A stretch of DNA of 64,000 nucleotides, from NCBI GenBank assembly GCA_040389985.1, contig JAZJZH010000012.1, positions 35,027 through 99,026 on the forward strand. The letters run 5' to 3'. Numbering within the stretch: the first letter of the stretch is position 1; each line of letters begins with the position of its first letter. This document shows positions 34,896 to 46,669 of this stretch, piece by piece. The notes beneath the pieces are model-generated. The model was given only the letters and a program-made list of their open reading frames with translations. It was not told where the DNA came from and did not search any database. This DNA comes from Pseudomonadota bacterium. GTDB lineage: Bacteria > Pseudomonadota > Alphaproteobacteria > Sphingomonadales > Sphingomonadaceae. The translations under genes were made by a program, and so were the position numbers.

Positions 34896-36310
34896 TCGGC
34901 CTGCCCGCCCTGGAAGCGGACCTCGCTCGCCAATTGTCGCTGATCGGTTTCGGCGGCGCGGACTGGACCCGGCCGCGCGCCCATCCCGACGGTCACGTCC
35001 ATGACGTCGTGATCGTGGGCGGGGGGCAGAGCGGGCTTGCCGCGGCCTTCGGCCTGCTCCGCGAGCGGGTGTCCAACATCCTGGTCATCGACGAAAGCCC
35101 GGCGGGTCTGGAGGGGCCATGGGACAGCTATGCGCGGATGATTACGCTGCGCACGCCCAAGATGCTGAACCCGATCGACTTCGGCGTTCCCGCCCTCACC
35201 TATCGCGCCTGGTGGGAGGCGCAGCACGGGAGGGCAGGCTGGGACGCGGTCGACAAGATCGCGCGCGGCGACTGGATGGCCTATCTGCGCTGGTATCGGC
35301 GGGTGCTGGCGCTGCCGGTGCGCAACGATACGCGCCTGACGCTGATCGAGCCGATCGGGGACGGGCTGCACCGGTTGCATCTGGACGGGCAAGCGCCACT
35401 ACTGGCGCGCAAGGTCGTGCTGGCGACCGGCATCCAGGGCGGCGGGCAGTGGCATACCCCCGCGATGGTCCGCGAGGCCCTGCCCCGCCACCTCTACGCC
35501 CACACCAGCGAACCAATCGACTATGCCGCGCTGGCGGGCAAGCGGATCGGCATATTGGGTGGCGGTGCGTCGGCCTTCGACAATGCCCATGCGGCGATGC
35601 GCCTGGGCGTGGCGGAGGCGCATGTTTTCATCCGGCGCAAGAGCCTGCCGCGGATCAACCCCATTCGCTTCATGGAGCGGGTCGGCTTCACTGGCCGCTA
35701 TCCTGCGCTCGATGACGCGACCAAATATCGGGTGATGGCGAGTTTCCTGGGCCATAACCAGCCGCCCACTAACGACACCTTCGATCGCGCGGCAGCCTGG
35801 CCGGGTTTCGCGCTGCATCTAGGCGCGCCATGGCTAGATGTGAGACAGCGAGATGGACAGGTCTGCGTGAACACGCCGCAGGGCGAACAGATGTTCGATT
35901 TCGTGGTCCTATCAACTGGCCTCATCAGCGATCCCGGCCTGCGCCCCGAATTGCGGCTAGTGGCGGACGGGATCGCGCGCTGGGCCGATCGCTTCACCCC
36001 GCCGCCGGGCCAAGGCAACGCGGTGATAGACGCGCATCCCTATCTTGGCCCCGGCTTTCAACTGCTGCCGCGCGACGCGGCGGGCGACGCTGCGCTGCAC
36101 GGCCTGTTCGCCTTCAATTATTCGGCGCTCATCAGCCTAGGCCTCTCCGCCTCGGCGCTGTCGGGGTTGCAGACCGCCCTGCCCCGGCTGGTCCGCGGCG
36201 TCACCGACCAGCTGTTTCTGGACGATGGGGAGGCGCTGGTCGCCGACCTGATCGCCTATGACGAAGCGGAGTTTATCGGCCAATGGCCGCGCCAGGAGGC
36301 GGCCGAATGA
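34892..36310 (+). CDS. FAD/NAD(P)-binding two-dinucleotide-domain oxidoreductase (candidate HpyO-like urate hydroxylase)
   Basis: Two dinucleotide-binding motifs: VVIVGGGQSGLAAAFGL (FAD) and IGILGGGASAFDNA (NAD(P)H). It sits between uraD and uraH with ATGA overlaps on both sides. No other urate oxidase is present in the window. Confidence 0.6.
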   Translation: MIGLPALEADLARQLSLIGFGGADWTRPRAHPDGHVHDVVIVGGGQSGLAAAFGLLRERVSNILVIDESPAGLEGPWDSYARMITLRTPKMLNPIDFGVPALTYRAWWEAQHGRAGWDAVDKIARGDWMAYLRWYRRVLALPVRNDTRLTLIEPIGDGLHRLHLDGQAPLLARKVVLATGIQGGGQWHTPAMVREALPRHLYAHTSEPIDYAALAGKRIGILGGGASAFDNAHAAMRLGVAEAHVFIRRKSLPRINPIRFMERVGFTGRYPALDDATKYRVMASFLGHNQPPTNDTFDRAAAWPGFALHLGAPWLDVRQRDGQVCVNTPQGEQMFDFVVLSTGLISDPGLRPELRLVADGIARWADRFTPPPGQGNAVIDAHPYLGPGFQLLPRDAAGDAALHGLFAFNYSALISLGLSASALSGLQTALPRLVRGVTDQLFLDDGEALVADLIAYDEAEFIGQWPRQEAAE

Positions 36311-36636
36311 CCAGCCTGTCCACCCATGTTCTCGACACCGCCCATGGCTGCCCCGCCGAAGGCATGGCGATCCAATTGCTGTCAGCGGACGGCGCGCTAT
36401 TGTTCGCAGGCGCGACCAATGCGGACGGCCGCTGCCCCGGCCTGCCGCCAATCCAGCCCGGCCGCTATCAGCTGACATTCGCGGTCGCGGCCTATTATCG
36501 GGTGCGCGGGACCGCGCTGGCTGACCCGCCTTTCCTTGACGTTATAGCTGTCCATTTCGGTGTCTCAGACGATGGCCATTATCATGTCCCGTTGCTGCTA
36601 TCGCCCTATGGCTATTCAACCTATCGGGGGAGTTGA
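36307..36636 (+). CDS. uraH: 5-hydroxyisourate hydrolase (transthyretin-like)
   Basis: N-terminal LSTHVLDTAHGCPA. HVPLLLSPYGYSTYRGS with the C-terminal YRGS signature. ATG 36307 overlaps the upstream stop. Confidence 0.92.
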   Translation: MTSLSTHVLDTAHGCPAEGMAIQLLSADGALLFAGATNADGRCPGLPPIQPGRYQLTFAVAAYYRVRGTALADPPFLDVIAVHFGVSDDGHYHVPLLLSPYGYSTYRGS

Positions 36637-36637
36637 G

Positions 36638-38060
<1,423 letters not shown>

Positions 38061-38068
<8 letters not shown>

Positions 38069-40370
38069 GGGCGATCCCGGCTTGGCGGCGCTGGCGAAGC
38101 CCTCCAACCCGCATGACAGCGCGGCGCTGCATGTCAGCGGTCGCGCCCACTATGCCGACGACCTGCCGGAACCGGCCGCCATGCTGCACCTGGCTTTCGG
38201 CCAGAGCAAGGAGGCCCATGCGCGGATTACGGCCATCGATCTGACCGCCGTGCGCGCCGCGCCGGGGGTGGTGGCGGTCTATACCGCCATCGACATAAGC
38301 GGCACCAATGACGTCAGCCCGGTCGCGGGCGACGACCGGCTGCTGGCGGACGGCGAGGTCATCTGCATCGGCCAGCCGATCTTCCTGGTGGCTGCGACCA
38401 GCCAGCGCGCCGCGCGGCAGGCGGCGCGGCTGGGCGAGATCGCTTACGCCCGCTTGCCCGCGCATCTGACGATCGCCGATGCCCGTGCCGCTAGATCACT
38501 GATCGAACCGACCCAGCGCATGGCGCGGGGCGATGCCGCAGCCGCGCTGGCGCAGGCACCCCGGCGCCTGACGGGCGGTTTCGACATGGGCGGACAGGAT
38601 CATTTTTATCTGGAGGGCCAGGTCGCGATCGCGACGCCGGGTGAGGATCGACAGATGCATGTCCTGTCGTCCACCCAGCATCCCAGCGAAGTGCAGCATC
38701 TGGTCGCGCATATGCTCTGTCGCCGTTCCGCCGACGTGACGGTCGAGGTCCGGCGCATGGGCGGCGCGTTTGGGGGGAAGGAGACGCAGGCCGCTCTCTT
38801 CGCCGCTGCCGCTGCTCTGGTGGCGGACAAGACGGGACGCCCCGCCAAGTTCCGCTGCGACCGCGACGACGATATGGTGATGACTGGCAAGCGGCATGAC
38901 TTCCGGGTCGATTATGAGACGGGCTTTGACGCACAGGGCCGCGTACTGGCGCTCAAGCTGCGGCTCGCTTCCCGCTGCGGCGCGACCGTCGACCTCTCCC
39001 CCGCGATCAACGACCGGGCGATGTTCCATGCTGACAATTGCTATCACCTCCCCGCGATCGAGATTATTTCGGAACGGCTGAAAACCCACACAGTCTCCGC
39101 AACAGCCTTTCGCGGCTTTGGCGGGCCGCAGGGGATGCTGGCGATCGAACGGGTCATGGATGATGTCGCCGCGCATCTGGGCGTCGATCCGATCGAAGTG
39201 CGGATCGCCAATCTCTACGGCCCCGGCCGCGACATCACCCCCTATGACATGCCGCTCACAGACAATATCGCGCCGCAACTGATCGCCCGGCTGCGCGCGG
39301 ACGCCTGCTATGATGCAAGGCGGCAGGCGATCGCCGCGTTCAACACGCGCAATCCGGTGCTGAAGAAGGGGATCGCGCTGACCCCGGTCAAGTTCGGCAT
39401 CAGCTTCACCACCACCCACCTTAATCAGGCCGGCGCGCTGGTCCATGTCTATGCCGATGGCAGCATCCAGATCAACCATGGCGGCACGGAGATGGGCCAG
39501 GGCCTGTATATCAAGGTGGCGCAGGTGGTGGCGGACGTGTTCGCCGTGCCGGTGGGGCAGGTGCGGATCACCGCGACGCGGACGGACAAGGTGCCCAATA
39601 CCTCCGCGACCGCGGCGTCATCGGGCGCGGATTTGAATGGCATGGCGGCCTACAACGCCGCGATGACGATCCGGGACCGGCTGACCGACTTTGCCGCGCG
39701 CAGCTTCGGTTGCGACGCCGATGATGTGCGGTTCACGCAGGACGGCGTGCAGGTCGGCGCGGACCGGCTGCGCTTTGGCGACCTTTGCCGCAAGGCGCAT
39801 ATGGGCCGCGTTTCGCTGTCCTCGACCGGCTATTACGCCACGCCCGACATCGCCTATGACCGCGCCGCGCATAAGGGCCGCCCCTTCTATTATTTCGCTT
39901 ACGGCGCGGCGGTGGCGGAGGTCGCGATCGACACGCTGACTGGCGAGCATAGAGTGCTGGCGGTCGATATATTGCACGATGTCGGCAAGTCGTTGAACCC
40001 GGTCATCGATATCGGCCAGATCGAGGGCGGCTTCCTCCAGGGGCAGGGCTGGCTCACCACTGAAGAACTGGTCTGGGATGACAAGGGCCGGCTGCTGACC
40101 CATTCGCCCGCAACCTACAAGATCCCGACCGCGTCGGACCGGCCGCGCCATCTGTCGATCCGACTGTGGGACGGGGAGAATGTGCAGCCGACGATCAATC
40201 GGTCCAAGGCGGTGGGCGAGCCGCCCTTCATGCTGGCGATTTCGGTCTTTTCCGCGCTTCATCAGGCGATCGCCGCCGTCGCGCCCGACAAGCGCGCTTT
40301 GCCCCCGCTGGATGCGCCAGCAACGCCGGAGCGGATTTTGCGCGCGATTAAGGATCATCGCGCCGCATGA
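38061..40370 (+). CDS. xdhB: xanthine dehydrogenase molybdopterin-binding large subunit
   Basis: ATG 38061 (8-nt overlap with xdhA). Motifs RRMGGAFGGKETQ, TAFRGFGGPQG, GGTEMGQGL, AVGEPPF. Confidence 0.93.
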
Positions 40371-41287
40371 GCGAATGGCTGGCATGGATGAAGGAGGTGG
40401 CGTCGAGCGAACCGGCTGCGCTGGTCAGCGTACTGGCGAGCGAGGGGTCGGCGCCGCGGGGCGCGGGCACGCGGATGCTGGTAAGCGCAAACCGGCTGTT
40501 CGGGACGATCGGCGGGGGTCAATTGGAGCACCGCGCGATCGAACAGGCGCGGACCATATTGGCGCTGCCGCCGGGTAGCTGGCGGGTGCAGGATTATCCG
40601 CTGGGACCGTTACTGGGCCAATGTTGCGGCGGGCGGGTGCGGTTGCTGATCGAGCATGTCGATCCCGCTGCGCTCGACTGGCTGGCTGATGCGGCAGAGG
40701 AGCGCGTGCTGGTGTCCATGCTCTCGCCCGGCCGGATCGAGCGCCATGTCAGTGCGAAGGCCGCGCCCACCGCCCTGTCGGCGCGGGGCGACCGGCCGCG
40801 GGAGGGCGCGACCTTCGCCGAGATGATCGGCCAGCGCCGCCGCCCGCTCTATCTGTTCGGCGCCGGCCATGTCGGCCAGGCGATCGCCCGCCATGCCCAG
40901 GCGCTACCGCTACGCCTCGCCTGGTTCGACACGCGGCCCTTGTTCGAGACGATCGACGGCGTCGCCATCGTGCCGGAGGATGCGATCGCGCAATGCGTCG
41001 CAGAAGCGCCAGATGACGCCGCGATGTTGATCCTGACCCATGACCATGCGCTCGACTATCGGCTGACCCGCGCGGCGCTGGAGCGGGGACCGATCGCCTT
41101 TGTGGGCCTCATCGGATCGCAGACCAAGCGTGCGCGCTTCCATAGTCGGCTGGAGCGCGACGGCGTTTCGCAAACGGCGCGCGCGCGGCTGACCTGCCCG
41201 ATCGGCATCAGTGGCGTGGCCGGCAAGGAACCGGATGTGATCGCCATCGCTGCGTTGGCCCAATTGCTGCAACTGGAGCGGCCATGA
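40367..41287 (+). CDS. xdhC: xanthine dehydrogenase accessory/maturation protein XdhC
   Basis: Motifs GSAPRGAGTRMLV, GTIGGGQLE, QCCGG, LYLFGAGHVG. ATGA overlap upstream. Confidence 0.9.
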   Translation: MSEWLAWMKEVASSEPAALVSVLASEGSAPRGAGTRMLVSANRLFGTIGGGQLEHRAIEQARTILALPPGSWRVQDYPLGPLLGQCCGGRVRLLIEHVDPAALDWLADAAEERVLVSMLSPGRIERHVSAKAAPTALSARGDRPREGATFAEMIGQRRRPLYLFGAGHVGQAIARHAQALPLRLAWFDTRPLFETIDGVAIVPEDAIAQCVAEAPDDAAMLILTHDHALDYRLTRAALERGPIAFVGLIGSQTKRARFHSRLERDGVSQTARARLTCPIGISGVAGKEPDVIAIAALAQLLQLERP

Positions 41288-42564
41288 CTATCCGGGCCTT
41301 TCGCGGCGAAATCCTGTCGGTGGCGGATGATCCGCTCACCTGCGCCGACGCCGTGCGGCATGAGCCGGACGGGCTGCTGGTGGTGGAGAATGGCATCATC
41401 GTAGCGCGCGGCACCTATGCCGACCTCGCGCCGGTTCATGCCGATGTGGCGGTCGAGACGCTGCCGGGACTGATCGTGCCGGGCTTCATCGACGCCCATG
41501 TCCATTATCCGCAGATGGACCGGATCGCCTCGCATGGCGAACAACTGCTGGACTGGCTTGATCGTCATATCTTCCCGGCGGAAAAAGCCTTCGCCGATCG
41601 CGCCCATGGCGACCTTGTCGCCGGGCTGTTTCTGGACGAACTGCTGCGGAATGGCACCACCAGCGCCCTGGTCTTCCCGACCGTCCATGCTCATTCGGTC
41701 GATGCGCTGTTCGACGCGGCATTGGCGCGCAACATGCGGATAATTTCCGGCAAGGTACTGATGGACTTGGGACCGGAGGGGCTGGCCGATACGCCGGAAA
41801 CGGCACGTACCGAGAGCGAGGCGCTGATCGGCCGGTGGCGCGGCAGGGGGCGGCTGGGTTACGCCGTGACGCCGCGTTTCGCGCTTACCTCGTCCGATAA
41901 GCAACTCCATGTAGCGGGCGCTCTGCTGGCGGATCATGCCGATGTACTTCTGCACACCCATCTGGCGGAAAATGAACGCGAATGTGCGGCGGTGGCGGCG
42001 CGCTTTCCCGATGCGGCCGACTATCTGGACGCCTATGACCGCTTCGGGCTGGTGGGTGCGCGTTCGGTCTTCGCCCATGGCGTCCATCTGTCCGATCGCG
42101 CCTGCGCCAGGATGGGAGAGAGCGGCGCGGGGATCGCCGTTTGCCCGACCTCCAACCTGTTTCTGGGGTCGGGCTTTTTCGACTTCAGCCAAGCCGCGCG
42201 GCATGGGATGAAGCTGGGCCTTGGCACCGATGTTGGCGCGGGCACCAGCTTTGCAATGCTGCACACCGCCGGGATCGCCTATCAGGCGGCTCTGATGCGC
42301 GGGCATCGGCTCGATCCGTTTCGAGCGCTGTATCTGGCGACGGCGGGCAGCGCGGCGCTGCTGCATATCGGCGACAAGGTCGGCGGATTGCTGCCAGGGC
42401 AGGAGGCCGATTTCGTGGTGCTGGACTGCGCCGCCACGCCCCTGCTGGCGCGCCGTACCGCCGACGCGGGCCTTGCCGAACGGCTGTTCGCGTTGCAGAT
42501 ATTGGCCGATGACCGGGCCGTCGCGGGCACCTATATCATGGGGCGGCGCGTCGACTGCGCATGA
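41284..42564 (+). CDS. guaD: guanine deaminase
   Basis: Amidohydrolase HxH motif PGFIDAHVHYPQ. Also HLAENEREC and GTDVGAG. ATGA overlap upstream. Confidence 0.88.
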   Translation: MTIRAFRGEILSVADDPLTCADAVRHEPDGLLVVENGIIVARGTYADLAPVHADVAVETLPGLIVPGFIDAHVHYPQMDRIASHGEQLLDWLDRHIFPAEKAFADRAHGDLVAGLFLDELLRNGTTSALVFPTVHAHSVDALFDAALARNMRIISGKVLMDLGPEGLADTPETARTESEALIGRWRGRGRLGYAVTPRFALTSSDKQLHVAGALLADHADVLLHTHLAENERECAAVAARFPDAADYLDAYDRFGLVGARSVFAHGVHLSDRACARMGESGAGIAVCPTSNLFLGSGFFDFSQAARHGMKLGLGTDVGAGTSFAMLHTAGIAYQAALMRGHRLDPFRALYLATAGSAALLHIGDKVGGLLPGQEADFVVLDCAATPLLARRTADAGLAERLFALQILADDRAVAGTYIMGRRVDCA

Positions 42565-42574
42565 TGGAAAGACG

Positions 42575-43270
42575 ATGACGATCAAGCTTATCTGCCTCGA
42601 TGCCGATGACACGCTCTGGCACAATATGCGCCATTTCAATGCCACCGAAGAAGCGCTGGTGGCGATGTTGCAGCCCTTCGCCGACGATCATGTCACGCGC
42701 GACCGGCTGATCGCGTGCGAAACGCGCAACCTCAAACTTTATGGCTATGGGGCCAAGGGCTTCACTTTGTCGATGATCGAGACGGCGGTGGAACTGGCGG
42801 GCGACAATCTCTCAAAGTCGCTGGTTTCTGACATTCTGGCGGCCGGGCGCACCCTGCTCGCCCATCCGGTCGAACTGTTCGATGATGTGCTGGAGACGCT
42901 GGAGGCGTTGTCGCATCTGGGCAAGGTCGTGCTGGTGACGAAAGGTGACCTGCTGCACCAGGAAAGCAAGCTGGCGGCCTCCGGGCTGGGCGATCTGTTC
43001 AGCGGGATCGAAATCGTCAGCGACAAGAAGCCGGACACCTTCACCCGCATTTTCACCCAATATGGGGTCGCTGCGGAACAGGCGGTGATGGCCGGCGATT
43101 CGCTGCGGTCGGATATCAATCCTGCGCTAGAGGCGGGGGCCTGGGCGGCGTATATCCCGCAGGACGGTGCGTGGGCGCATGAAATGGGCCGGGTGCCCGA
43201 TGACCATGCGCGCTTCCGCCTGCTGGACCGGCTAGGCGATTTGCCGGATTGGGTGCGGTCGATCCATTGA
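42575..43270 (+). CDS. HAD-superfamily hydrolase (possible nucleotidase/phosphatase)
   Basis: ATG 42575. Motif I LICLDADDTLW, motif II VLVTKGD, motif III/IV KKPD ... MAGDSLRSDI. The substrate is unknown. Confidence 0.75.
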   Translation: MTIKLICLDADDTLWHNMRHFNATEEALVAMLQPFADDHVTRDRLIACETRNLKLYGYGAKGFTLSMIETAVELAGDNLSKSLVSDILAAGRTLLAHPVELFDDVLETLEALSHLGKVVLVTKGDLLHQESKLAASGLGDLFSGIEIVSDKKPDTFTRIFTQYGVAAEQAVMAGDSLRSDINPALEAGAWAAYIPQDGAWAHEMGRVPDDHARFRLLDRLGDLPDWVRSIH

Positions 43271-43345
43271 TGCGCGCATTGCGGCAACAAGCCGTCGCCG
43301 GGATTGCATTTGCGGGCGGCGGCGTGCCCGCCTAGAGTCGGGGCC

Positions 43346-44362
43346 ATGACCGATCTCGACGCCTTCATCACTAGCCTGCCCAAGGCCGAACTCCATCTCC
43401 ATATCGAGGGTAGCCTGGAGCCGGAACTGATGTTCGCCCTCGCCCGGCGCAATGGCGTCGCCATCCCTTATGCGGATGTGGAAGCGGTGCGCGCTGCCTA
43501 TGCGTTCGGCAATTTGCAGGATTTCCTCGACATCTATTATGCCGGGGCGGACGTGCTGCGGACGCAGCAGGATTTCCACGACCTCGCCACCGCCTATTTC
43601 GATCGCGCCGCGGCCGACGGCGTTGCCCATGCCGAAATCATGTTCGACCCGCAGACCCACACAGCGCGCGGCATCCCCTTCGCCGCGGTGATCGAGGGGC
43701 TGTTGTCCGCTTGTGCCGAAGCGCAGGCGCGTCATGGCATGACCAGCCTGCTGATCCTGAGCTTCCTGCGCCACCTGAGCGAGAAGGACGCCGTTGCGAC
43801 GCTGGCGGAAGCCGAACCCTGGCTTGATCGGATCGGAGCGGTCGGACTCGATTCCTCGGAAATGGGCCACCCGCCCGAGAAATTCGCGCGCGTGTTCGCC
43901 ACGGCGCGGGAGAAGGGCCTCCGCCTGGTCGCCCACGCCGGGGAGGAAGGCCCGCCTGCCTATGTGATGCAAGCGCTCGATTTGCTGAAAGTTGACCGGA
44001 TCGACCATGGCAACCGCGCGCTGGAAGATGCTGCGCTCGTCGAACGGCTGGCGCGCGAAGGCATGACGCTGACCGTCTGCCCGCTTTCCAACCTCAAGCT
44101 CTGCGTGATTGATGCGATTGAAGATCATCCGATCGATCACATGCTGGCGCTGGGCCTGAAAGCGACCATCAACTCGGACGACCCCGCCTATTTCGGTGGC
44201 TATGTCGCGGACAATTATCGCGCGGTGGCGGGGGCACGCGGGCTGGACCGGGGTCAACTGGCGACATTGGCGCGCAACAGCTTTACCGGCTCGTTCCTGC
44301 CGGAGGAGGCCGTTGCCGCGCATCTGGCTCGGCTGGACGACTATCTGGCAGAACAGGCTTAA
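43346..44362 (+). CDS. adenosine/adenine deaminase family protein (cytosolic, ~338 aa)
   Basis: Motifs [31 protein letters not shown]. It is the last gene of the purine operon. Confidence 0.88.
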   Translation: MTDLDAFITSLPKAELHLHIEGSLEPELMFALARRNGVAIPYADVEAVRAAYAFGNLQDFLDIYYAGADVLRTQQDFHDLATAYFDRAAADGVAHAEIMFDPQTHTARGIPFAAVIEGLLSACAEAQARHGMTSLLILSFLRHLSEKDAVATLAEAEPWLDRIGAVGLDSSEMGHPPEKFARVFATAREKGLRLVAHAGEEGPPAYVMQALDLLKVDRIDHGNRALEDAALVERLAREGMTLTVCPLSNLKLCVIDAIEDHPIDHMLALGLKATINSDDPAYFGGYVADNYRAVAGARGLDRGQLATLARNSFTGSFLPEEAVAAHLARLDDYLAEQA

Positions 44363-44373
44363 AATCGCATGCT

Positions 44374-44403
44374 GCCATGCTCTGGCGAAGGCCGGAGCAT
44401 GGC
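44374..44403. terminator. hairpin between convergent genes (candidate bidirectional terminator)
   Basis: GCCATGCTC (44374..44382) / GAGCATGGC (44395..44403), a 9-bp stem with a 12-nt loop. There is no clear U-tract, hence the low confidence. Confidence 0.35.
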
Positions 44404-44407
44404 TTAC

Positions 44408-44986
44408 CTAAACATCACCGTCGCCCAGCCAATGTTCGGTCCGGGGCGGCAGATATTGGGCGATTCGATCAAGCATCAGTTCGGGATCGCGCTCGATCAG
44501 CAGCATGGCGCGATGGTCGGGCTTCAGGAACCCCTCCGCCACGACATGATCGATAAAGCCCGACATGCCGCTGTAGAAGCCGTTGACGTCCAGCATCCCC
44601 ACCGGCTTTTCATGATAGCCCAGTTGCGACCAGCACCAAGCCTCGAACATCTCTTCAAAGGTGCCGATGCCGCCGGGCAGCGTCACGAATCCATCCGCCA
44701 GCTTCGCCATCAGCGCCTTGCGCTCATGCATGGTCTGGACGACATGCAGTTCGCTGATCCCCTGATGGTCATGTTCGCGGGCGCGCAGCGCTTCGGGGAT
44801 GACGCCGATCACCTCGCCGCCCGCTGCGCAGGCTGCATCGGCGACCACGCCCATCAGGCCGACGGTGCCGCCGCCATAGACCAGGCCAATGCCGCGCTGT
44901 GCGAGCAGGGTGCCAAAGGCTTCTGCCGCCTCCCGATAGACCGGCAGCCGTCCCGGCGACGAACCGAGGAACACGCAGATTCGCAT
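44408..44986 (-). CDS. LOG-family (TIGR00730-type) nucleotide 5'-monophosphate nucleosidase / cytokinin riboside-5'-P phosphoribohydrolase-like
   Basis: Motifs VYGGGTVGLMG and the signature PGGIGTFEEMFE. 192 aa. Confidence 0.88.
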   Translation of the reverse strand: MRICVFLGSSPGRLPVYREAAEAFGTLLAQRGIGLVYGGGTVGLMGVVADAACAAGGEVIGVIPEALRAREHDHQGISELHVVQTMHERKALMAKLADGFVTLPGGIGTFEEMFEAWCWSQLGYHEKPVGMLDVNGFYSGMSGFIDHVVAEGFLKPDHRAMLLIERDPELMLDRIAQYLPPRTEHWLGDGDV

Positions 44987-45015
44987 CCGCCCATCCCGCT
45001 GATTGCCGGGCGGGC

Positions 45016-45546
45016 TCAGGACAGGCGCTCAGGCACCGACAGCGCCTCCTCCACGATGTCGTCGCTGGCGCCGACCGATTCCCAAGGAAAGACGAACCAG
45101 CGCTTGTCGCTGTCGCGATCGATCATGCTCGCCCAATAATCGACCGTCTGGCGCGACCGGCTGTTGGACATCAGCACGGCGAAGCGCAGATTGCTGGCGT
45201 CGCAGCGATTGTCGGCCAGCAGGCGGCGGATATAGTCGATCGTGCCACCGCTGTCGTTGATGTCGTCCACGAACAGCAGTTTCACGCCAGCCGCGCTCTT
45301 GGCCGCGACCTTGCCCAGCAGTTCGTCGGCAAAGCCCGGCACCTTGCTGCTATGGTCGATCGAGAGCATCGGCAGTTTGAGCTGGTGCGAGATATAGACC
45401 GCCGGGACCAGTCCGCCGCGGCCGATGCCGATGATGAAGTCGGGCGTCCAGTCGTCCTCCCCCACTTGGCGCGCAACGGTCTGCACGTCGGCGAGGAAGG
45501 CGTCATAGCCGATGTAGAAAAGTTCGGGTTCAGCGGTGCTGCTCAT
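45016..45546 (-). CDS. type-I phosphoribosyltransferase (xanthine/guanine PRT-like)
   Basis: Inner part of ORF 45016..45960. PRPP loop LLFVDDINDSGGT. Also IIGIGRGGLVPA. I take the start at ATG 45546 (MSSTAEPELFYIGYDAF); ATG 45579 and 45585 are alternatives. Confidence 0.8.
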   Translation of the reverse strand: MSSTAEPELFYIGYDAFLADVQTVARQVGEDDWTPDFIIGIGRGGLVPAVYISHQLKLPMLSIDHSSKVPGFADELLGKVAAKSAAGVKLLFVDDINDSGGTIDYIRRLLADNRCDASNLRFAVLMSNSRSRQTVDYWASMIDRDSDKRWFVFPWESVGASDDIVEEALSVPERLS

Positions 45547-45632
45547 GAAAAGCGAATCCAGTTGGCCGGGAATGGACATGACCATGCCGATTATCCCGCC
45601 CGCGCCAAGGGGGCAATCGGCCGTAACGCGGA

Positions 45633-46565
45633 TCAGAGGTCGGCGCGCTCGATCGAGACGGGATAGCTCAGTTGCGCAAAGCCGCTCTCTATCTCGCCCA
45701 GCACGATCCCGGCGGCATAGGAAGGGGTGCGCGCCGCCGCGGTGCAAAGCGCCAGCGTCATCGGCCGTAGGATCGGATCGGAAATGCGGGTGAAGGAGAG
45801 GAGACCGCGCTGCACCTCCGTAATCACGTCGAGCGAGGTCAATATGCCGATGCCGACGCCCTGCATGACAAGGGAAATGAGCATCTGGATATTGTCGGAC
45901 GTGGCGGCGGGGTCGATCATGAGGCCGCTGGTCCCTTCCAGCACGGCGATCTGCTGACACACCGCCAGTGGTTCGGCCGGAACGATCAACGGCGATCCGG
46001 CGCAGGCAGAAAAACGCGCCTCGCGCTGCTCGCCGAAGGGGTGGCCGGCGGGCGTGAGGAAGCCTAGGACGACCTCGACAAAGGACCGCACGGTCAGGTC
46101 GCGATAGGATTGCGGTTCGAACACTATGCCGAAATCCGCTTCGCCGCTTGCGATGGCGTCGCGCACCCGGTCATTTTCCAACACGCGCACGCCGATGGTG
46201 ATGCCCGGATAGCGGCTCTGGATCGCGCGGATCGCGCCGGGGATATAGCCCTTCGCCAGCGCGTCAATGATGGCGATATCGACATGGCCGCGCTTGAGGC
46301 CGCGCAGATCCTCTATCTGCGCGCGCACGTCGGCCAGATTCTTCTGCCAGCGCCCGCCCGCCGCCATCATGATTTCGCCGGCCGCCGTCAGGCGCAAGCC
46401 CGTCGGCAATCGTTCGAACAGCGGCATCCCCAGGTCCGCCTCCACATTCAGAATCTGCCGGTCGATGGCCGACGCGGAGATATTGAGTTCATCCGCCGCC
46501 TTGCGGATCGACCCCAGTCGGCCGACCGCCATGAAGTAACGCAGAAAACGCGAAAATGCCGGCAT
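45633..46565 (-). CDS. LysR-family transcriptional regulator
   Basis: HTH FMAVGRLGSIRKAADELNISASAIDRQILNVEADLGMPLFERL plus a LysR substrate-binding domain. It is divergent from the nucleoside locus. Confidence 0.93.
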   Translation of the reverse strand: MPAFSRFLRYFMAVGRLGSIRKAADELNISASAIDRQILNVEADLGMPLFERLPTGLRLTAAGEIMMAAGGRWQKNLADVRAQIEDLRGLKRGHVDIAIIDALAKGYIPGAIRAIQSRYPGITIGVRVLENDRVRDAIASGEADFGIVFEPQSYRDLTVRSFVEVVLGFLTPAGHPFGEQREARFSACAGSPLIVPAEPLAVCQQIAVLEGTSGLMIDPAATSDNIQMLISLVMQGVGIGILTSLDVITEVQRGLLSFTRISDPILRPMTLALCTAAARTPSYAAGIVLGEIESGFAQLSYPVSIERADL

Positions 46566-46669
46566 GGACCCACCCTAATTTTTGCAACACTGCGTAGGAT
46601 TCATTGCGTTTGATCGCATCAGGTCAAGCCCCTACTCGCACCGCAGAGTGAAATAATGGGGATGCACGG

